Shown here: piece by piece, positions 56,564 to 64,000 of the stretch
How positions within the stretch are numbered: the first letter of the stretch is position 1
Layout: every line of letters starts with the position of its first letter
Assembly: GCF_009914755.1 (NCBI RefSeq)
Contig: NC_060928.1
DNA length: 64,000 nt
Reading direction: 5' to 3' (one strand)
Origin: the human T2T-CHM13v2.0 reference genome, Homo sapiens
The notes under the pieces: generated by a model
Database searches by the model: none
Told to the model about the DNA's origin: nothing
What the model saw: the letters and a program-made list of their open reading frames with translations, nothing else
Made by a program: the position numbers and the translations under genes

Positions 56564-57121
56564 GAGGGATATATTTGTGTGTATGACAAGCACTTTAATA
56601 CATAATTATAACTAATAAGATTTTACAGACTATAAGTGGCAGAGATAGTAAAAGTAAGTACTATCTGACTCAAGTGTTAACAATCTCAATACAACACTAT
56701 ATTGCCTTTCAATGATTTAGTGATTCATCATCAGGCCCCCAATTCCTTAATTCAGTCTATTCTATCCTCAGCCACTTACCAGTATTTCATAGTCTATTCT
56801 CAGGTACATGCTAGCATTTGACATCTTTTCCCTTCTCTTTTTCTGAGCTTCAACACACCCTGTGTGTTCACCACACTCAATGCAAATGTATCCTCCTATC
56901 TTCACTAGATCATATCTTTGTCCATGCTTTGTTCATGCTCTTCCCTCAGCCTACAATGGCCTTGATCAATCACATCTGTACTCACTTTTATTAATTTCCT
57001 GCTGATTTGACAGGACAAATAAATTTCCATGGAAATAACATGACATCAATTCTATACCACTATCATGAGAAAGACATTGACACCTGACTGGTTGATTATG
57101 TTCATTCAGGCAATTTAGCAA

Positions 57122-57668
57122 CTGTTTATGTTATCCATTGGTGTATGACAAACCATCATAAAACTGACTGGTGTAAAACAGAGTTTTTAAATGTGGGTTT
57201 AGAATTTGGACATACACAGCAAAGATGGCCTATCTCTGGTTCACCATGCCCAGGGCCTCAGCTAGAAAGAATCAAGTACTTGGGGGCTGAAATTCTCTAG
57301 AGATGCCTTTATTCATATGCCTAGCATCGAAGGTGGAATAATTTAAAGTCTGGGTTCATCTGGGATTGTCAACCAAAGAGCCTACACATGGCCTCGCAAT
57401 GTGCCTTTATCTTCCTCAAAGCATGGCAGCCTCTGTGTAGTCAGACTTCTAACACTGAGGCTTAGGGCTCCAATAGCAAGCGTTCCAGCAGCTAAGTGGG
57501 GAAATCCATGGCCCTTTTTTGCTGAGCCTCAGAAGTGATATTTCCACCATGTCATATTACTTAAAACAGGAACAATCCTGCCCCTATTCAAGTGGAAGGG
57601 ACACCCACCTCCACTTCTCAATAGGAAATGAGTGAAAGACTCCATAATCATATTTTAAATTGCCATAG
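57122..57668 (-). mobile_element. MaLR LTR (MLT1G/H-like)
   Basis: gggcctcagctagaaag...gcctacacatggcctc...agcatggcagcctc...attcaagtggaagggac. Confidence 0.65.
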
Positions 57669-59208
57669 TAACTGCATTGGATACTTTAAATACCCTAAAA
57701 TTAATACTTACATGTGGAAGAAATTGTATAGAACTTTCCTCAAATTTAATAATAATCCTAAAAATCTGTCATTACCAATAATGAATGATAAAGCTGAAAA
57801 AAACTTTTCTAAATTCTAAACAATGAAAATTGAACTTTAACCAAACATCCCAGAGGACAGATTTTATTATTTTCTCATCTTTCCAGAGAGGAGAAGTAAT
57901 CAAATAATATGCAGTCAAAAACAACAGGGAAAATACTACAGAAAGGTGTTAGGCAGTTAGCTAAAAAAAAAAATCATATTCTTTTTTCCTAGATTTGTGA
58001 AGTTTTGGTATTTACTTTCTCTTTATAAATAAATATCCCCTTTTACCTAATTTGTATTAGTAATGTAATAAGATTAAGTTATTTATAATTGAATAAACTT
58101 CAGTTACTTATAATTGAATAAGCTTCAAAGGCCGCAGAACTTGGATTTTCCTGTTTCTGTTTCCATGATACCACTCTTTGTCTTCCTCCGCCTCTTTGGC
58201 GATGCCATCTCACTCCCTGCATTCTTCTTCCTCTGCTCACACTCTTAATACTCACCAGTATTAATCCTCACTTCACGGTACTGAAAAAACTCCCTTTTTG
58301 CCTTACTCAAAAATCACATAGGTCAGATCCAGAAATTAAACTTCTCAGATCAATATCAAATTCACAACTCCAAACTTCATTTAACATTAAAGCTTTTCTT
58401 TTTCCCCTTCCTGGGGCCTGCTACGAGCTAGTCACTTGCCTTGGGAGAATGGGGCCTGGCTCTCTTGTCTTTCCCTGATAAGCATGTCTGGGTAGGGAAA
58501 GGAAGAGTGCTGAAAGAAACAGGAAATGATGATACCTGTCACTGTGGAAACTGGCTTCGCACCCTATGGGCCTGACAGATGCTAACAGCTGGCTCTCTCA
58601 CATGTACTTTTTTGGGTTTCTTAAGGCTACCCTATTGAGTCTCTCAAATTGCAACTCCTGTATTATGGACAATACCTGTCCACCTTAAACTGGGGTCCCC
58701 TTGCCCCAAGGGGCTGCCCTCTTGGTCACGATTTCTAAAACATCCACAGCTGCCAATCCTCCCTGTGATTTCACACATGGTTCCAGGAACACCTTTGATC
58801 CTCCAATGCAGGGGAGTGCAACTCTCTGTTCCTCTGTTCAGGTACTATGAGCTGCTCCAGCTTTCTCAGGCTCATGCCAGTCAACAAACCTCTATGTCCC
58901 CCAATTTCAGGGCACACATAGCAAGCTCTCCATGTAGTCCTACTGGAGTGCCTCACACTCTATATTGAGTTTAGAAGCAGCCTCCCCATCTGCAACAACC
59001 ACCTTGGGTAGAGGAAAGAAGGAAAAAAGGAGATATATTTTGTAGCTTCTTCCAAATGTTTCCTTATAAAAGTCTTCTCTATTTGCACTCTCTAGATTCT
59101 TTCATATCTTTGCAGTTTTAACATATGGTCTAGTATCCCTTTTGGAATAAAACATATGCCCTATCATGATGGTTCAACTGAAATGTCAATTTTGGTATCC
59201 TGTTAAAT

Positions 59209-59209
59209 A

Positions 59210-59241
<32 letters not shown>

Positions 59242-59295
59242 GTATGTATGTATATACATGCACACACATATGCATATTTATATGTGTATCATATA
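59209..59295. repeat. (TA)n/(CA)n/(TG)n low-complexity tract
   Basis: Direct observation. Confidence 0.85.
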
Positions 59296-59532
59296 AAATG
59301 TCCTCCAGAATGTGCTGCAGAGTTCAAAACTAAACTCAACTCCTAACTTGCTCACCCTTCCCTCCATGTTCCCTCAATTAGTAGCCCAATCTAAAAAGCC
59401 CAGTTATGCTAAAATTCTTCCATCATCGAAACTTAACACTTACAACTCAGAAGTGCCAAAAACTTGCCCACTTTTTCCTTGTTTAGTATTAGGAACCAAT
59501 ATCTTCTTAGCTAGATTATTGTAATAGTTGCC

Positions 59533-59626
59533 TTTGCCAAATGAGCAAATAAATAAGAGGAAGCCCACCTACATCCCACAGCCCATGCAGGTGGGCATTC
59601 TCTTATTTATTTGCTCATTTGGCAAA
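59533..59626. repeat. Inverted repeat: 42-bp arms, 10-nt spacer
   Basis: 59533-59574 vs reverse complement of 59585-59626: outer 27 bp identical, 3 mismatches in total. Confidence 0.95.
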
Positions 59627-59734
59627 CATCTATTGAGGATCTACTGTATCCCATGCACTTTGGACACAAGGCTTTAAAACTCAAGAATTGCTAATGAAGA
59701 AGATGATTAACCAACATACACCATATATTATAAT

Positions 59735-59855
59735 CTAATAAAGCCCTGAAGGCAGGATTTTGTCTGTTTTGTTTACTATTGTAAACCCAAGACCTTAACA
59801 GGACCTGGCACTTGGTAAACATTTAATAAACATTTGCTAATAGAATGAATAAATA
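59735..59855 (+). mobile_element. L2 3' end
   Basis: aagccctgaaggcaggatttt...cctggcac...aataaacatttgctaatagaatgaat. Confidence 0.7.
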
Positions 59856-60859
59856 AAAGAGGAAAGTGGTATAGTTGGATGTGGATGCTATCAGAGCAAC
59901 ACAGACAAAGACTGAGAATGAGGTCTCAGAATGAGGAAGAGACTGAAGAATACAATGCTGGATTTGAGTACAAACATTTATTCCCAGCCAGGAAAATAGG
60001 ATATAGAAAAGCACAAACAATAAAACCATTAGAAAATTGGAAAACTGCAAATAATTCAATATAGTATTGTATATTGTGAACCACAACTTGCAAAGGGTGG
60101 GGAATTGTTGAAGGGCTTTAAGCGAGCACGTGTGGTGATCAGATCTTTCATTGAGAAAGCTTACTCTGAAAGCAATACTGAAGTTGACTCAAAGAAAAAA
60201 TGTCTGTAGATAGAGAAGCCAGCTTAATAGTAATGTATTTGGGGTTCTAAATAGTGAAACAGAAAAGAAGGTACTGTGTTCTCTTTTCAAAAATTACCCC
60301 TGAACCACAAACAGAAGGAGAAACACAAACACAACTTCAGCAAAACTGTATATAAGTTTGAAGCACAGTGTGTGGCAAAGGCTCCCAGATGCAGTGAATG
60401 TCAAGACAAGGGGCATTGCAAGTGGGACACATGGCCACAGTTGTACCTCAGGGGAGGCTGCAGAGTGATATTCTCCAAAACAGAAGATGCTCCATGAGCA
60501 GAACCTCAACAAGACCTCGTGCTCCCTGAGTAGACCCAAACAAGGCCACAATGGCAAGTGCCTGCAAGGACTGTCCGAAAGACTTTCCCAGGACCCAGAA
60601 GAAACCTGGAAAAAGAAGAAATCACACCAACCCGCTCCACTCCCAGGAGTGGAATGTTGGTGAGGCCATCAGGCCTGCTCTGCATGGCGAGCTGTTCCAC
60701 AGGGCTGATGCCTGGTGGCTGGAGAGAAGAACAAAACAAAGAAATCTCAGAAACAACTTGAATCACAAGGAGCTTTGAATTAGCATTAACACTTATGAGC
60801 AAAAATAAAATTAATACAAAAGAATAGGAAAACTATTAATGGTCAAAATTTTATTTTTC

Positions 60860-61130
60860 CTCTCTCTTAGAAGACCAAGTGGACCAAAAAATAAGTATAA
60901 GCAGGAATGACCTAATAGCCAACTATTAAGGTAACATAATTATTGTTTAATTGATTGGTATCCAACTCTGCACCCTAAAACCAAAAATGCACATGTTTTT
61001 CCAATGCTAATAGCACATTGTGAAAAATTAACTTTTTTGTGTCACAAAGAAAATATTAATAAATTTGAAAAAGCAGGAATAGCAAAGTTGATGGTGTGTG
61101 ATCAAAAACAATAAAACTAAAGACATATTA
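60860..61130 (+). mobile_element. Ancient L1ME ORF2 (endonuclease region) fragment
   Basis: caactctgcaccctaaaacc...gtcacaaagaaaatattaataaatt...aataaaactaaag. Confidence 0.55.
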
Positions 61131-61169
61131 CTAGATCAGGAGCCCTGTCACTTGCTTGTACAATTTAGC

Positions 61170-61850
61170 ACAAAAGATAACTACAGTAATACAGGCAAGA
61201 AGTTATGGTGGTCTGAAAAAAAGAAGTGGGAATGAGGAAACGATCAATTGACAGAATTATGTGGTGATCAGAGATTGAAGCTGAAGGAGATGAATGTGTC
61301 TTTAGAGACTTCTAGGCTTTTCACTTAGGAAATAGATAGATAGCATCACCATTTATTAGCATTGGGAATACCTTAGGAGAAACAGCTTTTGAGAAAAAAA
61401 CAACAAATTCATTTTCACTCAAGTTGTGTTTGAAATGTCAGCTAGACTTTAGTGGATAAGACTGGAACAAGCAGTAAAATATATCAGTCTAAATCTCAGA
61501 GCAAAGATGGAGCAAGGGACATACACTTGGAAGACAACCATATATACTAGATAAGCGGCATTTTTGGATTTATGAGAGACTCTGCCGAGAAGCTTTGAAT
61601 GAGCAGTTAAGAGGGCACAGGAGAGAGCCCTGGGGTTCAGGGGGCTTAAAGAAAATCAAGAGAAAGGGTTTAGGGAGGAAGACATTCCACAGCATTTATC
61701 ACACTTTACTGGTTTCATGGCCACATTTCCTGATACACTCTAAGCTGCATAAGGACAAGAATATATGTTTATTTTTATTATTATTTGCCTAACAAGTGCT
61801 CAGTAAATAGTAGGTGACCAATAAATATTTGTTGAATGAATAAGTGACAG
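61170..61850. mobile_element. L2 fragments (minus 61170-61640, plus 3' tail 61690-61850)
   Basis: gttgtgtttgaaatgtc...gagagccctgggg; taagctgcataaggacaag...caataaatatttgttgaatgaat. Confidence 0.6.
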
Positions 61851-62104
61851 AATAAATTAAACCAAAGTAATACCTTCACTTGGACCTCCTTCACTCCCTC
61901 CACCTTCCTACTCTTTAGTGAATCTGAGCCATCTTCTAGCCCTTTCCCTCCTGTACCTCCAGCCTCCCTTGTTTTGTTAGCATTTCTCTTTGTTCTATGA
62001 AAAATCTCTAAGAAAGGAAAAATTCATGGAATAGTCATCTTTATAAATACAATGACAAAAAATAAAAACCCTCTTTGGGGCCATAAGTTTATACTCTTTG
62101 TTCT

Positions 62105-62320
62105 TAGAGAGTGTAGTGTGTTGTCAAGAGCAGATTGCCTGCGTTTGAATTTGGCTCTGCCACTTACTAGGTGTTTGACAATAGACAAGTTATTGAGTCT
62201 CTATGTATCTGTTTCCTCTCTTATAAAATGGGACGTTGACTCCCTACTCTATGTGGTTGCTGTGAAGATTAAATGATTAAATGAGTTAATATACACAAAG
62301 TGCTTACAAGTATATTGACA
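62105..62320 (+). mobile_element. MIR
   Basis: cagattgcctgcgtttgaatttggctctgccacttactagg...tataaaatggg...gtgaagattaaatga. Confidence 0.85.
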
Positions 62321-64000
62321 ATTAGAAAATATGGTTTTCTCATTCAGTTAATCATTTAGCAAGAAAGACTTCATCTTACAGTATTTCAGAACAAGAATCT
62401 AAATTATACTGTTTTGCTGAAAGGATGAGTATTTACAATGTTTTTGCATCAAAATTTACTTGACATGGTCAAAAGTGAAAAAACACTAGAATAGCTGCGT
62501 ATGCACAGCTCATGTATACAAGCAATTGGAAGGAAATATGTAATTTACAAATGAAGAAACTCGTTGAAATAATCATTCTATTTGGCATTTATAAATATAA
62601 AAATAAAAATGGTTTATTATTATGTAGGAAAGAAGCTGTGGCAATGCTCCATTCAACAAAAATGTGTCACCAAATGTTTTCAAAGTATTGCATTTTGAAA
62701 ATGGAAATACTATTTAAATTCTTATTAAAATTTTTAATGGCTCTTTTTCACTATCTCCTTATTCCTACTTGTATAATTTATATGTTAAATGGCCTAAAAA
62801 TATTTTTAAAGAAATAAAAATACTTCATTGAACCCAGAAGATAAATAATGGTAAGTCAGGACCTAAAAAGGGTTATATTCAGGAGCTAAAAAAAAAAAAA
62901 AAAAAAAAAAAGAAGGAAACAGAAACATTTTCTCCTTAGGAATGATTGTATTGCTGTATTCATTGTATTGAACAATTTGATACCAGACTGGGGACAGTAT
63001 TAAAAATAAATCTAAGTTAAGACAAAATGTAGACTAAATCATCAGTTTAGAGACAAAGTTGAAAGGTATAAAAAGACTGAATATATGCCAATGGTCATTG
63101 AGCTATGATTTCATGCAAAATCCCCCTCAGACCTGTCTTTGTAGAGACAACTAAGCTCATGAACCCAACTTTGCTTACATAGTCTGAGCAAAGAAAACTC
63201 AGCTTAGGGAGCTTACCAGGGACCATTTTATCAAACTATTTCATAATACTTTTTGAACTTTTTGATAGTATTTGTTGACAATGTAACAGGATTAAAGCTC
63301 ATGAGGTTCATTTCATATAAAACTGCATAAAGCATGTTAATTATCTTTCTAAAGTAAATGTACAACAGTCTTTGTAATATGGAATTCTAATGTTAAAACA
63401 TACATTTTATTGTTTCTTTCATTTAAATAAAGATATAACTATATCTGCCAGTATTCTTCATTATAATCATGAAAACCAACTCTGACCATCTTGGGGAGAG
63501 AGAATTTATTAGAAGAATATTGTGGGCCCAAAGAATGAATGGGAGGCTGAAGAAGCAGATTCTAGCTTTCACCAAGATGATGACTAATAATGTGGGAAAT
63601 AGTGGGGAAGAGGATTCCTTGAAAAAAAAATTGGGATGCCATAAAGAAAAATGTGACAGGCAAGTATTAGTAATTAGAAAGAGAATCTATCACATTGTGG
63701 GAGGAAGGGAACAAAGAATAGTTAGAAGAAATTGCAAGATATAATCAGTAATTTCAAGAGACCATATGCACATCAACAGGATCTCATACTGAGTCAGATG
63801 AAAAAGAAGTATACTACAGAATGCTTGGATCTTTGCCATTACCATTATGGGGTGAGCCAAGCATACCCTTGAGTACAACAGAGACTGAACTATGCATGCA
63901 TCCCTCCTAATTTCCTTGCTGATGGAGCTGCTAGCTGAGGCTAATTATATTGTAATGAGCTACTTCACTTGCAAATGAACAATCATTCCATCTCAAATTT

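Larger units (their letters stand above)
55893..58152 (+). mobile_element. hAT-Tip100 (Zaphod-like) DNA transposon remnant with nested insertions
   Basis: 5' end tgaagccaatgaagtttaaacttcaag..., 3' end aagcttcaaaggccgcagaacttggatt; 57765-57890 translates to LPIMNDKAEKNFSK...EDRFYY, resembling the hAT C-terminal dimerisation motif. Confidence 0.6.

Noticed and set aside
60276-60802. Overlapping ORFs in a more GC-rich block
   Set aside because: No recognisable homology; adjacent to an old L1 fragment and probably its degraded 5' region.

Overview
Primate (very likely human) AT-rich, repeat-dominated genomic DNA with no recognisable intact protein-coding gene. All family names come from my recall of consensus sequences, not a database search. 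Main content: (1) an old L1MC-type element (0.9-6.8 kb) carrying four Alus and a composite insert of an L1 piece, an MLT2A LTR and an ancient mitochondrial ATP6/COX3 fragment (NUMT); (2) a complete but decayed HERV-I-group provirus (10696-19726; two LTR10B-like LTRs, CCAAT target duplication, Lys-type PBS, gag-pro-pol-env); (3) a mostly unique region (20-38 kb) with MaLR, ERVL, Tigger2a and MER85 remnants and several possible minus-strand exons; (4) a full-length L1PA7-like LINE (40.1-53.1 kb) whose ORF2 is split by a second HERV-IP (LTR10A/F-like) element; (5) old DNA-transposon, L2, MIR and MaLR remnants and a 42-bp-arm palindrome at 59.5 kb. The most striking observation is that the second element is shaped like the viral RNA (R-U5-internal-U3-R, an extra 5' G, a 14-bp target duplication), which points to a LINE-made retrocopy rather than an integrase product.
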